NCBI GenBank assembly: GCA_902545555.1 | Contig: CACCGK010000002.1 | Location: 20,602-84,601, forward strand | Reading direction: 5' to 3' | DNA: 64,000 bases | Source of the DNA: an uncultured Pelagibacteraceae bacterium | Lineage (GTDB): Bacteria; Pseudomonadota; Alphaproteobacteria; Pelagibacterales; Pelagibacteraceae | In this document: positions 10,102-19,858 of the stretch, in pieces | Layout of the letters: each line of letters opens with the position of its first letter | Position numbering within the stretch: position 1 is the first letter of the stretch | Program-made: the position numbers and the translations under genes | The notes under the pieces: model-generated | Databases searched by the model: none | What the model saw: the letters and a program-made list of their open reading frames with translations, nothing else | What the model was told of the DNA's origin: nothing

Positions 10102-11187
10102 ATGGAATTAATTAATAATTTTTCAGAGATGTTTTTATCAGTATGGAATAAAGGAATTCTTGGTGTTGATATTTTTCAAATCTTAATTGGTATTGGAATA
10201 TTTTTACTGTTTTTAATTTTTAGAGGTCTAATAAGCAAATTAGTTATTAAAAAATTAGAAATTATCTCGAAAAGAACAACAAATAAATTAGATGATACTT
10301 TTGTTCAATCACTTGTAGGTCCAGCAAGATTTTTACCGATTGTATTAGGATTTTTTATTGCAAGTTACTACATGACTTTCTCATTAGAAGGAAGAGAAGT
10401 GGTAGATACAATTAATAGAACGTTGATCACTATTTTAATTTTTTGGGTAATTCACCAAATCATAGAACCAATCTCATACATACTTAGTGGTTTAGACAAA
10501 TTGTTAACAAGAGAACTTATTGGCTGGATAATTAAATCGTTAAAAATTTTAATTTTTATTTTAGGTTTAGCAGCAGTTTTAGAGTTGTGGGGAATTAAAA
10601 TAGGTCCAATCATTGCAGGTCTTGGATTGTTTGGTGTTGCTGTAGCATTAGGGGCACAAGATTTATTCAAAAATTTAATATCAGGAATTTTAGTTTTAGT
10701 TGAAAAGAGATTTAAAATTGGAGATTGGATAGCTGTCGAGGGTATTATTGAAGGTGTAGTAGAAAAGATTGGATTTAGATCAACAACAATTAGAAAGTTT
10801 GATAAATCTCTTGCTATTATTCCAAATTTTCAATTTGCCGAAAACGCAGTTGTAAATGTAAGTGAAACTTCAAATTGGTTAATCAGTTGGATTATTACGC
10901 TTCAATACGACACTACTGTAGATCAGTTAAAAAAAATTAGAGATGAAATCGAAAGTCATATTAATTCAAGCGAAGATTATAATACCTCAATTGGTGTTGC
11001 GGTAAGAGTTGATAAATTTTCTGATAGTTCAATAGATATGTATGTAAGATGCTTTACAAAAACAGGAAGTTGGAATAATTGGCTTGATGTAAAAGAAAGA
11101 TTAGCGATTGCGATTAAAGAAATTGTAGAAAAAAATGGTGCTTCATTTGCTTTCCCAAGTCAGTCGATTTACGTTGAGAAAAAATGA
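10102..11187 (+). CDS. mscS: Small-conductance mechanosensitive channel, MscS family
   Basis: VALGAQDLFKNLISG, FKIGDWI, VEKIGFRST, FAFPSQS. Confidence 0.92.
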   Translation: MELINNFSEMFLSVWNKGILGVDIFQILIGIGIFLLFLIFRGLISKLVIKKLEIISKRTTNKLDDTFVQSLVGPARFLPIVLGFFIASYYMTFSLEGREVVDTINRTLITILIFWVIHQIIEPISYILSGLDKLLTRELIGWIIKSLKILIFILGLAAVLELWGIKIGPIIAGLGLFGVAVALGAQDLFKNLISGILVLVEKRFKIGDWIAVEGIIEGVVEKIGFRSTTIRKFDKSLAIIPNFQFAENAVVNVSETSNWLISWIITLQYDTTVDQLKKIRDEIESHINSSEDYNTSIGVAVRVDKFSDSSIDMYVRCFTKTGSWNNWLDVKERLAIAIKEIVEKNGASFAFPSQSIYVEKK

Positions 11188-11474
11188 TAGCTATTTTTTA
11201 TTTAGTTTTACAAATTTTAAAATTATACTCTTATGTTGTAATCGCCAATGTTATTGTAAGTTGGTTAATAGCTTTTAACGTTCTCAATACTCAAAATAGG
11301 TTTGTGTATGCAATTTTAGAGTTGAGTTACAAATTAACCGAGCCATTTCTGAATAAAATTAGACGTTTTTTGCCAAATTTAGGTTCACTAGATATTTCTC
11401 CAATCATTCTTCTTTTATTGATTTGGTTTATCGAAATGTGTATGAAGCTGTACATCGCACCAATGATTTTTTAA
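11184..11474 (+). CDS. yggT: YggT family membrane protein
   Basis: SWL, LTEPFLNKIRRFLPNLGSLDISPII. Confidence 0.92.
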   Translation: MIAIFYLVLQILKLYSYVVIANVIVSWLIAFNVLNTQNRFVYAILELSYKLTEPFLNKIRRFLPNLGSLDISPIILLLLIWFIEMCMKLYIAPMIF

Positions 11475-11483
11475 GAGAGAAAT

Positions 11484-12329
11484 ATGATTTTAATTGATGG
11501 AAAAAAAGCAGCCGCAGAATTAAGAGCAGAGTTAAAGGAAGAAGTTGCAGAGTTAAAATCAAAACATAATAAAGTACCAGGTTTAACAGTAATACTTATT
11601 GGTGATTTAACACCTAGTCAGATTTATGTAAGAAATAAAGAGAAGTCAGCAAATGAGGTAGGATTAAAATCTGAAGTAATTAAATATCCAGACTCAATTG
11701 AAGAAAAGACTGTTCTAGAAAAAATTCAAGAACTAAACAGCGATGAAACTGTTTCAGGAATTTTAGTTCAACTTCCTTTACCTAAGCATATTGATAAGCA
11801 GAAGGTAATAGAAGCTATTCATCCCTCAAAAGACGTAGATGGATTTCATCCAATGAATGTAGGCAATCTATCATCTGGTTATGAAAGTTCGATACCTTGT
11901 ACTCCGCTTGGATGTTATTTGTTGATTAAAAAAATTGAACCTAATTTAAGTGGTAAAAAAGCTGTGGTTGTGGGTAGATCAAATTTAAATGGTAAACCAA
12001 TGACACAACTTCTTTTAAAAGAAAATTGTACCGTAACTATAACTCATTCAAAAACTAAAGATTTAAAAGCTGAATGTTTAGAGGCAGATATTATTGTTGC
12101 AGCTGTAGGTATACCCGAACTTGTAAGAGGAGATTGGGTTAAAAAAGATGCTATTGTTATTGATGTTGGTATCAATAAAACTGACAACGGTATAGTTGGT
12201 GATGTTCATTTTGATGAAGTTTCAAAAAATGCAAAAGCACTTACACCAGTTCCAGGCGGTGTAGGTCCAATGACCATTGCTTGTTTGCTTAAAAATACGA
12301 TTGACTGTTTCAAAAGATCGCAAATTTAA
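11484..12329 (+). CDS. folD: Methylenetetrahydrofolate dehydrogenase/cyclohydrolase
   Basis: YVRNK, GILVQLPLP, KDVDGFH, PCTPLG, TPVPGGVGPMT. Confidence 0.97.
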   Translation: MILIDGKKAAAELRAELKEEVAELKSKHNKVPGLTVILIGDLTPSQIYVRNKEKSANEVGLKSEVIKYPDSIEEKTVLEKIQELNSDETVSGILVQLPLPKHIDKQKVIEAIHPSKDVDGFHPMNVGNLSSGYESSIPCTPLGCYLLIKKIEPNLSGKKAVVVGRSNLNGKPMTQLLLKENCTVTITHSKTKDLKAECLEADIIVAAVGIPELVRGDWVKKDAIVIDVGINKTDNGIVGDVHFDEVSKNAKALTPVPGGVGPMTIACLLKNTIDCFKRSQI

Positions 12330-12367
12330 TAATTAAACCATAAGCTGTAATCTGTTAATTTATTAGG

Positions 12368-12571
12368 ATGAAAAAACCTAAAAGACCATACAGATTTGGT
12401 ATAATTTTTTTGCTTCTTACAGTTCCACCTATTGGGGCAACTCAGTTAGGTTGGTATTTGCATGACAAGCAAACTGGTTTTGATTATGGTATGATTGTAG
12501 GTACTGTATCAGTAATATACGCTGCATATTTAATGTATGAAAAAAACTGGCGTGAAGAAGATGAAGATTAA
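12368..12571 (+). CDS. Small two-TM hypothetical protein
   Basis: 67-aa ORF with two hydrophobic segments, in operon context. Confidence 0.55.
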   Translation: MKKPKRPYRFGIIFLLLTVPPIGATQLGWYLHDKQTGFDYGMIVGTVSVIYAAYLMYEKNWREEDED

Positions 12572-12574
12572 ATT

Positions 12575-12850
12575 ATGGAAAAAATAATTTTTTTTGGATT
12601 GGTTATTCCTATTATGGCTTATGTTTTATACTTAGGCGGAATGGCAATTATGAATGGTTTTAAGTCTAAGGAAGCTAATAGAGCTGAGAAAGAGGAAGCT
12701 AAAAGTGGGGGTAGGGAGACAAGCGAAAATTCTGATGAACAAAGCAGCAATTTAAGTGATGAACTTACTAAATTGAATGATTTAAAAGAAAAAGAAATTA
12801 TTTCTCAAGAGGAATTTGAAAAGGCAAAAAATAAACTATTAGATAATTAA
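12575..12850 (+). CDS. Membrane-anchored SHOCT-domain protein
   Basis: N-terminal TM; C-terminal DELTKLNDLKEKEIISQEEFEKAKNKLL. Confidence 0.8.
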   Translation: MEKIIFFGLVIPIMAYVLYLGGMAIMNGFKSKEANRAEKEEAKSGGRETSENSDEQSSNLSDELTKLNDLKEKEIISQEEFEKAKNKLLDN

Positions 12851-12861
12851 ATAGTTTAATC

Positions 12862-13749
12862 ATGTTTAATGGTTTTAAAAAAAAATTTGTTAAAGTAAGC
12901 AAGGGTAAAATTTTTTGTAGATTTAAAGGTAACGGTCCCCCCTTATTATTACTTCATGGATATCCCCAAACACATGTGATGTGGCACAAGACTGCCCCTG
13001 AGCTTAGTAAATATTTCACTGTAATAGTTGCTGACCTTAGAGGATATGGAGATAGTTTAGTTTTACCTGGTGGTACTAATCATAAAAATTATTCTAAAAG
13101 AGAAATGGCTAAAGATATGGTTCAATTGATGAGTAAATTAAAATTTAAAAAATTTTTTGTTGCTGGACATGATAGAGGCGGGAGAGTTGCACATAGAATG
13201 GCAAGAGATTATAGAAATAAAATTATGGCTTTAAGTGTATTAGATATTTGTCCAACTCTAGATATGTATGAGCATACAAATATGGAATTTGCAAAAGGAT
13301 ATTTTCATTGGTTTTATTTAATACAGCCTGCACCTTTACCGGAAAAAATGATAATGGCAGACCCTAAAAGATGGCTACATAGTCGGTTTAATAGGTCATC
13401 AAAACGAGCGATTGGAAGAGTTGAAAATGAGTATTTTAGAGTCTTTAAACAAAATAAAAGAATTCATGCAACATGTGAAGATTATAGAGCTGCGGCGACT
13501 ATAGACTTAGAGCACGATAAAAAAGATAGAAATAAAAAATTAAATATTCCTATCCAAGTTTTGTGGGGAAAAAAAGGAGTAGTTGGAAAGCAATTTAATT
13601 CGATTAAAATTTGGCAAAAATATACGAACAAAAAAATCTATGGTTCAGAAATTAATTCAGATCATTTCATTCCAGAGGAAAGTCCTAAAAAAACTATAAA
13701 TCACCTAAAAAAATTTTTTCTAAAAAATGTTAAAAATAATTCCAAATAA
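12862..13749 (+). CDS. Fluoroacetate/haloacetate dehalogenase, alpha/beta hydrolase (DehH1-type)
   Basis: LLHGYPQTH, nucleophile elbow GHDRGGR, LDI acid Asp, halide pocket YFHWF and CEDYRA, catalytic His in DHFIPEE. Confidence 0.85.
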   Translation: MFNGFKKKFVKVSKGKIFCRFKGNGPPLLLLHGYPQTHVMWHKTAPELSKYFTVIVADLRGYGDSLVLPGGTNHKNYSKREMAKDMVQLMSKLKFKKFFVAGHDRGGRVAHRMARDYRNKIMALSVLDICPTLDMYEHTNMEFAKGYFHWFYLIQPAPLPEKMIMADPKRWLHSRFNRSSKRAIGRVENEYFRVFKQNKRIHATCEDYRAAATIDLEHDKKDRNKKLNIPIQVLWGKKGVVGKQFNSIKIWQKYTNKKIYGSEINSDHFIPEESPKKTINHLKKFFLKNVKNNSK

Positions 13750-14518
13750 AAAAAATATTGGTGCACAAATAATTGTAAATTTAAAAGATATTTCAAATAA
13801 AGATATTTCAAAAATCAAAAAAGCACTGAATAAATATGGAATGTTATATTTTAAGGAACAAAAATTAACTTCTAAATTTTTCATTAGGTTTGCAAAATAT
13901 TTTGGAAATTTAGCCAACTATCCAAGACTAAAAGGTTTAAATAAAAAATTTCCTCAAATTACAGTGGTACAAAGAAAATTAACTGATAAAGGCCCAAGTT
14001 TTGGTGAACAATTTCATACTGACTCAATTTATACAAAAAAGCCGCCAAGATTTACAATGTTACTTTCTAAACTTGTACCAAAAAAAGGAAAAGCTAATAC
14101 AGAATTTTCTTCTCAATATCTTGCTTATAAAGAATTACCTAGTCCAATAAAAAGAAAATTTAAAAACATCAAAGGCAAATATTCCTCTGAGGGTCCAATC
14201 TCGGTTACAACAAAAGAAAGAGTAAAAGAAAAAGGAAAAAATATTAAAGAACTTAAATCTTCACATAAAATAATTAGGAAAATCAGTACAAATTATTCGA
14301 TTTATTGCAGTCCAGGACATTTTGTTGGTTTTAGCTCAAAGATAAAAAATCAAGAAAAATTAAAAAAATTTTTATTTAAACATCAAATTAAGAAAAAGTT
14401 TCAATTTTCTTTGCCGTGGGAAAAAAATCAATTAGCTATATGGGATAATAGATCTATGCTTCATCAAGCAACACCTTTCAAAGGAAATAGAATAATGCAT
14501 AGAATAACAATCAAATAA
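13727..14518 (+). CDS. TauD/TfdA family Fe(II)/2-oxoglutarate dioxygenase
   Basis: FHTDS (HxD), WDNRSMLH, MHRITI; overlaps the dehalogenase stop. Confidence 0.88.
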   Translation: MLKIIPNKKNIGAQIIVNLKDISNKDISKIKKALNKYGMLYFKEQKLTSKFFIRFAKYFGNLANYPRLKGLNKKFPQITVVQRKLTDKGPSFGEQFHTDSIYTKKPPRFTMLLSKLVPKKGKANTEFSSQYLAYKELPSPIKRKFKNIKGKYSSEGPISVTTKERVKEKGKNIKELKSSHKIIRKISTNYSIYCSPGHFVGFSSKIKNQEKLKKFLFKHQIKKKFQFSLPWEKNQLAIWDNRSMLHQATPFKGNRIMHRITIK

Positions 14519-14521
14519 TTT

Positions 14522-15448
14522 ATGTTCACAATTTTTTTAGGGCTAACTCCATTTATATTTATTACTTTTTTAGGGTTTGTATTTGGTAAGTTAAAAGTCT
14601 TAGACCTTAGTCATGCTAAAATTTTAAATCTTTTTTTGTTCTATATTGCAGTTCCAGCATTGATAATTAAACTAATAGCACAAAATGAAATTGGACAAGT
14701 AGATTTCAAACAAATTTTTTCTTATTTAATTATGCAATCGATATGCGGAATTATCACTTACTTAATTACTTCAAAATATTTTAAAAGATCAATCCCAGAG
14801 TCTATAATTTGGGCTTTAACAGTTGCATTATCAAACCATGTGACTTTGCTTTTGCCAATAACAGAAATTTATTTTCAACAAAATGTAATTACACAAGTTG
14901 CAAGTATCATATTAATGGATGGGATAATTTTATTATCTATAATTGCTTTTTTTCTCGAATTATCTACAAAAAAAAATGTAAATTTATTTAATTTTATTAA
15001 AAATTTATTTTTAAACCCATTTATTCTCTCAATAATTATAGGTCTATTATTTTTATTATTAAATTTTAATATTGATCAAACACCGATTGAGTACACTTTG
15101 TCTAAACTTGCAGCATGTGTTTCACCAGTTGGATTGTTTGCAATTGGCATAACTCTCTCATTTTATACTAAAAATGTAATTAACAAATTATCTGTTTCTA
15201 TTTCAGTTTTAAAATTAGTCTTTTCCCCGATTATTTTACTGTTAATTGGATTAGTTTTTTTTAATGCAGGATTGCCTGCAGAAATACCGGGTGCTTTCTT
15301 TGTGAGTGTTGCACCTTGTGGAGTTACTTCTATAGTTTTATGTGCCGCTTATAATGTAAGTCCCGAAAATATAATAAAAGCAATTTTTGTATCTACTATT
15401 GCATCTATAGGGACTATATTTTTTGCAATTGAGTATTTAACTCTATAA
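14522..15448 (+). CDS. AEC (auxin efflux carrier / malonate permease-like) transporter
   Basis: About 10 TM; YIAVPALI, NPFILSIIIG, PVGLFAIG, APCG. Confidence 0.85.
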   Translation: MFTIFLGLTPFIFITFLGFVFGKLKVLDLSHAKILNLFLFYIAVPALIIKLIAQNEIGQVDFKQIFSYLIMQSICGIITYLITSKYFKRSIPESIIWALTVALSNHVTLLLPITEIYFQQNVITQVASIILMDGIILLSIIAFFLELSTKKNVNLFNFIKNLFLNPFILSIIIGLLFLLLNFNIDQTPIEYTLSKLAACVSPVGLFAIGITLSFYTKNVINKLSVSISVLKLVFSPIILLLIGLVFFNAGLPAEIPGAFFVSVAPCGVTSIVLCAAYNVSPENIIKAIFVSTIASIGTIFFAIEYLTL

Positions 15449-16426
15449 AAATTTATCTAGAGGACTAACTTCTCCAATTTTAAAAATAATTGCATCTTCT
15501 TTATTAAAACCATATTTTTCAGCACTATTTTTAAATCTAATTGGGGGTTCCATAATTGGCTCTAATGACAAAACAAATGTTCCCCAATGCATTCCTAATA
15601 CTTTTTTACTTTTTAGGTCCTGTGCAACATTCAAGGCTTCTTCTGGTGTAGTATGATAAATTGTTTTATCAAACATTGGTTTGAAATTATAAGCTCCAAT
15701 ATTAATCATTGTCAGATCTATAGGACCGTATTTTTCTCCTAGTTTTTTGTAGATTTCCCCATATCCAGTGTCACATGCGAATAAAATTTTTTTATTTTTA
15801 TATTCTATAAGAAAATTACCCCACAAAGTTTTATTAGTGTCTGTTAAACTTCTCTTTGACCAATGAACTGCAGGAAGTAAAGAAATTTTCAAATTCTCAT
15901 TTATAATTATTTGATCATACCAATCCATTTCATTTACATCTCTATATCCTTTAAAATATTTACCAAGATTTAGAGGTGTTAATACTCTTGCACTCTTAAA
16001 AGGAAAATTTCTAATTGTTGACATGTCCTGATGATCGTAATGATTATGAGTGAGTAAAAATATATCCGTTTTAGGTATCTCGTTTAATTTTACTGCAGGA
16101 TTAGTAAATCTTTTTGGACCAAAGATAAGTGGTCCAGCATTCTTTGAAAATACAGGATCTGTTATAATTGTAGTTCCACCTAATTTTATAAGGTATGTTG
16201 CGTGACCTATCCAAGCAATATAATCATTATCTTTATATTTTTCTAAATCAGCTAATACTTTTTCTTTTTCAATCACATGTTCTTTTGGATAAGATAAATC
16301 AACTTTTTTTCTTAATTTACTGAAAGTTCTATAAGAAAATTTTCCTGATCTGGATATTATTACTGGAGATCCTTTTGGATTCCTGAAAGTACCATCAGGT
16401 AAATGATGATAAGGTCTTTCTTTCAT
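15443..16426 (-). CDS. MBL-fold metallo-hydrolase, NAPE-PLD/RomA-like
   Basis: WIGHAT, TDPVFS, THNHYDHQD, PAVHWSKR, DTGY, MHWGTF. Confidence 0.88.
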   Translation of the reverse strand: MKERPYHHLPDGTFRNPKGSPVIISRSGKFSYRTFSKLRKKVDLSYPKEHVIEKEKVLADLEKYKDNDYIAWIGHATYLIKLGGTTIITDPVFSKNAGPLIFGPKRFTNPAVKLNEIPKTDIFLLTHNHYDHQDMSTIRNFPFKSARVLTPLNLGKYFKGYRDVNEMDWYDQIIINENLKISLLPAVHWSKRSLTDTNKTLWGNFLIEYKNKKILFACDTGYGEIYKKLGEKYGPIDLTMINIGAYNFKPMFDKTIYHTTPEEALNVAQDLKSKKVLGMHWGTFVLSLEPIMEPPIRFKNSAEKYGFNKEDAIIFKIGEVSPLDKFL

Positions 16427-16427
16427 A

Positions 16428-17495
16428 TTATTTTTTTTTCTCCATTAACCATAAACTGTTTCCCGCAAGAAAATATATTTTTCCATTAACTGGGTGAACC
16501 TGTATATCTCTTATTCTCCCAATTTTATCTTTGAAAATAATTGTTTCTTCAATCTTAGATGAATTTTTAAAGTTTAATTTTCTCATTGATTTATCTTTTA
16601 GAGAAGTAATTAACGCTTCGCCATTCCATTCACTAAATTCTTTTCCCTTATAAATAGTTATAGCACTTGCTGCTATTGAAGGTACCCAGTATTGGATTGC
16701 CTTGGTAAAACCTTGTTTCCATTTAGGTCCAATCTTTGAGCCTGAATAATTTGTTCCACCCCAACCTAAAATTTTCCAACCATAATTTTCTCCTTTTTTT
16801 ATTTCACCAAACCAATCACCACCTTTTGCACCATGGTTACTTGCATAAATTTTTCCATCAAAAGGGGAATGAGTAAGACCTTGAGGATTTCGAACACCAA
16901 TTTGATAAATTTCTGGTAACCAATTTGATTTACCTTCAAACTTAGGGTTATCTTTTGGAATACTACCATCTAAATAAATTCTGATAATACTTCCAGGATG
17001 ATTTGTCGGATCTTGAGCAATCATACCACCACCTCTTTCGCCAGCAGAAGCAAAAAGATAATTATCTTTTATAGCTAATCTTGAACCAAAATGATAACCA
17101 GATTCTATTGGTGGTTCAGCTTGAAATATATTTTTAAAATCTAAATTTTTTTTATTTAATTCAGCTTTTGCAATCGAGGTACTTGTTTTCCAATCCCCTC
17201 GATTTTCTGAATAAGAAATCCATAAGTAATTATTTTGATAAATAATATCTAATAAACCTCCTTGTCCGTGTACAAAATAATTTAAGTTATGTTCAACTTC
17301 ATAAACATCTTCAGAAATAATATTTACTATTTTTATTTTTCCAGTTTTTTCAGTGATAATAAGTTCTTCATCACTTATAAAAGACGATCCCCACGGATCA
17401 TTTAAATCTGCTAATTTTTTAAAAGTAAAATTTTCAGAGAAACTTTTTGATGAAAGTAAAAAAAAGAAAAATATAGATAAAAAATATTTGATCAC
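16428..17495 (-). CDS. PQQ-dependent sugar dehydrogenase (YliI/Asd-like), secreted
   Basis: GQGGLLD, HFGSRL, GVRNPQG, GRIRDI; likely GTG start at 17495 just after the SDR stop, followed by a signal peptide. Confidence 0.85.
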   Translation of the reverse strand: MIKYFLSIFFFFLLSSKSFSENFTFKKLADLNDPWGSSFISDEELIITEKTGKIKIVNIISEDVYEVEHNLNYFVHGQGGLLDIIYQNNYLWISYSENRGDWKTSTSIAKAELNKKNLDFKNIFQAEPPIESGYHFGSRLAIKDNYLFASAGERGGGMIAQDPTNHPGSIIRIYLDGSIPKDNPKFEGKSNWLPEIYQIGVRNPQGLTHSPFDGKIYASNHGAKGGDWFGEIKKGENYGWKILGWGGTNYSGSKIGPKWKQGFTKAIQYWVPSIAASAITIYKGKEFSEWNGEALITSLKDKSMRKLNFKNSSKIEETIIFKDKIGRIRDIQVHPVNGKIYFLAGNSLWLMEKKK

Positions 17496-17496
17496 T

Positions 17497-18207
17497 TTAT
17501 GAAAGTTTAGACCTACCACCATCAACAGCAATTATTTGGCCTGTAACCCAAGAACTATCTTCTGTAAGTAAGAATTTAGCAAGTGCTGCTGAATCTTTAC
17601 CTTCGCCTAATCTTTTAAGAGGATGTGCTTTTGCAATACCTTCAGCTATAGCAGTGTTTTTTAACATTGGTTCTGCTATTTTAGATTTTGTTAAACTTGG
17701 TGCCACACAATTTACTCTTATGTTGGGAGCGAATTCTGCTGCAAGAGAAACCGTCAATCCTTCAACAGCAGCTTTTGCTGAAGCTATGATTGCATGATTG
17801 GTAAAACCTCTTTGAGCAGCAACAGTTGAAAATAACACTATTGAACCTTTATTTTTTTTTAAACTTTCCTGATATCCTTTAATAGCTTCTACAGCAGAAT
17901 AAAGGTTAAGTTTCATGCATTTTTGAAAGTCTTGTTCATTCACCATTCTTAATGGTTTTAAATCAATTGAACCCACGCAATAAGCTAGGCCTTTAATTTC
18001 AGAAATATCAGATTTAACTTTTTCTATAAACCCATCCTCCAAAACATCTGCAACTGTATGTGAGCATCCAAGTTTTTCAGAGATAGAACTAAGTTCACTT
18101 TCATTTCTTCCAACTAAATGAATATTGTTTCCAGAGTTTTTTAATTGTTCCGCTAAACTCGATCCAATAGAACCTGTCGCACCAAAAATTACATATTTTT
18201 CTGACAT
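17497..18207 (-). CDS. SDR family oxidoreductase
   Basis: GATGSIG, FSTVA, IRVNCVAP, VTGQIIAVDGG; the YxxxK Tyr appears replaced (IASAK). Confidence 0.88.
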   Translation of the reverse strand: MSEKYVIFGATGSIGSSLAEQLKNSGNNIHLVGRNESELSSISEKLGCSHTVADVLEDGFIEKVKSDISEIKGLAYCVGSIDLKPLRMVNEQDFQKCMKLNLYSAVEAIKGYQESLKKNKGSIVLFSTVAAQRGFTNHAIIASAKAAVEGLTVSLAAEFAPNIRVNCVAPSLTKSKIAEPMLKNTAIAEGIAKAHPLKRLGEGKDSAALAKFLLTEDSSWVTGQIIAVDGGRSKLS

Positions 18208-18234
18208 AAAAAATTTTATTAGTTATATTTAATT

Positions 18235-19728
18235 ATGAAGTTATTTTTTATACTTGGTAATCAATTATTTCCAATAAAATACATAGACCGCTTCAAAAAA
18301 GACCACCTATTTTTTATGGCTGAAGATAAGGGTTTATGCACTTATGAAAAGCATCATAAACAAAAAATTTTATTATTTTTATCTTCAATGCGTTCTTATG
18401 CTGACGCCTTAAGAAAAAACAAATTTAAATTAGATTATTTTAAAATTGAAGACAAAGAATTTAATGATGATTATTTAAAAAAATTAAAAAAAATAATTAC
18501 ACAAAAAAAAGTAAAAGAAATTTCAAGTTTTGAAGTAGAGGATAAATTTTTTGAAAAAAAAATTTCACAATTTTTAAAAAAAGAAAAAATACACTGGAAT
18601 ATTGTTCAAACTCCTATGTTTTTAAATTCAAGAGCTGAATTTAAAAATTATTTATTAAAATCAAAAAAACCTTTTATGGCAACTTTCTATAAAGATGTTA
18701 GAAAAAAATCTGGAATATTGATGAGTTCAGATGGTAATCCAATCGGGGGGAAATGGAGCTTTGATGAAGATAACAGAAATAAATTACCTAAAAACATTTC
18801 AATTCCTAAATTTCCAAAAATAAATGAAACCAGTTATACAAAAAAACTAAAGCCTATTATTGAAAAGGAATTTAAAAATCACCCAGGGAGTACAAATAAT
18901 TTTTGGTTTGCGACTGAATACGAGGACGTTGTTAAACTTTTAAATTTTTTTATAAAAGAAAAATCAAACTTATTTGGTGATTATGAGGATGCAGTTGATC
19001 AAAAAGATAATATTCTATTTCATAGTACATTAAGTCCTTATATAAATTTAGGTTTAATTACACCTGAATTTGTTATCCAAAAAATTTTAGATTTTCATAA
19101 AAAAAATAAAATTAGAATGAATTCTTTAGAGGGCTACATTCGCCAGGTGATTGGTTGGCGAGAATTTATGCGAGGAATTTATCAGTCCTATTCTCAAGAA
19201 ATGGAAACTGGAAATTTTTTTAAACAAAATAGAAAAATGAAAACTTCTTGGTACGACGGTACCACTGGTCTTCCACCTTTAGATTATGCAATTAAAAATG
19301 CCGTTAACCATGGTTGGTCCCATCATATTGAAAGATTAATGATTTTATCAAACATTATGAACCTTTGTGAAATTAAGCCAACACTTGTTTACAAGTGGTT
19401 CATGGAAATGTTTGTAGACTCCTCAGATTGGGTAATGGTTCCTAATGTTTATGGAATGGGATTATTTAGTGACGGAGGAATTTTTGCAACTAAACCTTAT
19501 ATTTGTGGATCTGCATATTTTATGAAAATGATGGATTTTAAGAAAGGTGAGTGGTGTAACATCATGGATGGTTTGTACTGGAGGTTCATCGATCGAAATA
19601 GAAAATTTTTTTTAAAAAATCCTCGTTTGTCGATGATGGTAAGAATATTTGACAAAATGAAATCTGAAAGAAAAAAATTAATTTTATCAGAGGCTGACAA
19701 ATTTATTAAACAAAACACCTTACAGTGA
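18235..19728 (+). CDS. Bacterial (6-4) photolyase/cryptochrome family protein (PhrB/CryB-like) lacking the Fe-S cysteines
   Basis: LGNQLF, HHKQKI, GGKWSFDEDNR, FGDYEDA, HSTLSPYINLG, EGYIRQVIGWREF, HHIERLM, WVMVPNVYGM, KPY. Confidence 0.92.
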   Translation: MKLFFILGNQLFPIKYIDRFKKDHLFFMAEDKGLCTYEKHHKQKILLFLSSMRSYADALRKNKFKLDYFKIEDKEFNDDYLKKLKKIITQKKVKEISSFEVEDKFFEKKISQFLKKEKIHWNIVQTPMFLNSRAEFKNYLLKSKKPFMATFYKDVRKKSGILMSSDGNPIGGKWSFDEDNRNKLPKNISIPKFPKINETSYTKKLKPIIEKEFKNHPGSTNNFWFATEYEDVVKLLNFFIKEKSNLFGDYEDAVDQKDNILFHSTLSPYINLGLITPEFVIQKILDFHKKNKIRMNSLEGYIRQVIGWREFMRGIYQSYSQEMETGNFFKQNRKMKTSWYDGTTGLPPLDYAIKNAVNHGWSHHIERLMILSNIMNLCEIKPTLVYKWFMEMFVDSSDWVMVPNVYGMGLFSDGGIFATKPYICGSAYFMKMMDFKKGEWCNIMDGLYWRFIDRNRKFFLKNPRLSMMVRIFDKMKSERKKLILSEADKFIKQNTLQ

Positions 19729-19856
19729 AAAAAGTAAATCTACCGTCCAAAATTTGTTTAGTTTGTCAAAGACCCTTTAAATGGAGAAAGAAATGGAAGT
19801 TGAGTTGGGATAAAGTCAAATATTGTTCAAAGAGGTGTTCTAATAAAAAAATCTAA
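19725..19856 (+). CDS. DUF2256 family small Cys-rich protein
   Basis: Not in the ORF track. GTG start overlaps the photolyase stop; MKKVNLPSKICLVCQRPFKWRKKWKLSWDKVKYCSKRCSNKKI (43 aa). Confidence 0.88.
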   Translation: MKKVNLPSKICLVCQRPFKWRKKWKLSWDKVKYCSKRCSNKKI

Positions 19857-19858
19857 AT

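Noticed and set aside
12330-15450. Mobile-element boundaries around the dehalogenase cassette
   Set aside because: No integrase, transposase, tRNA or flanking direct repeats seen
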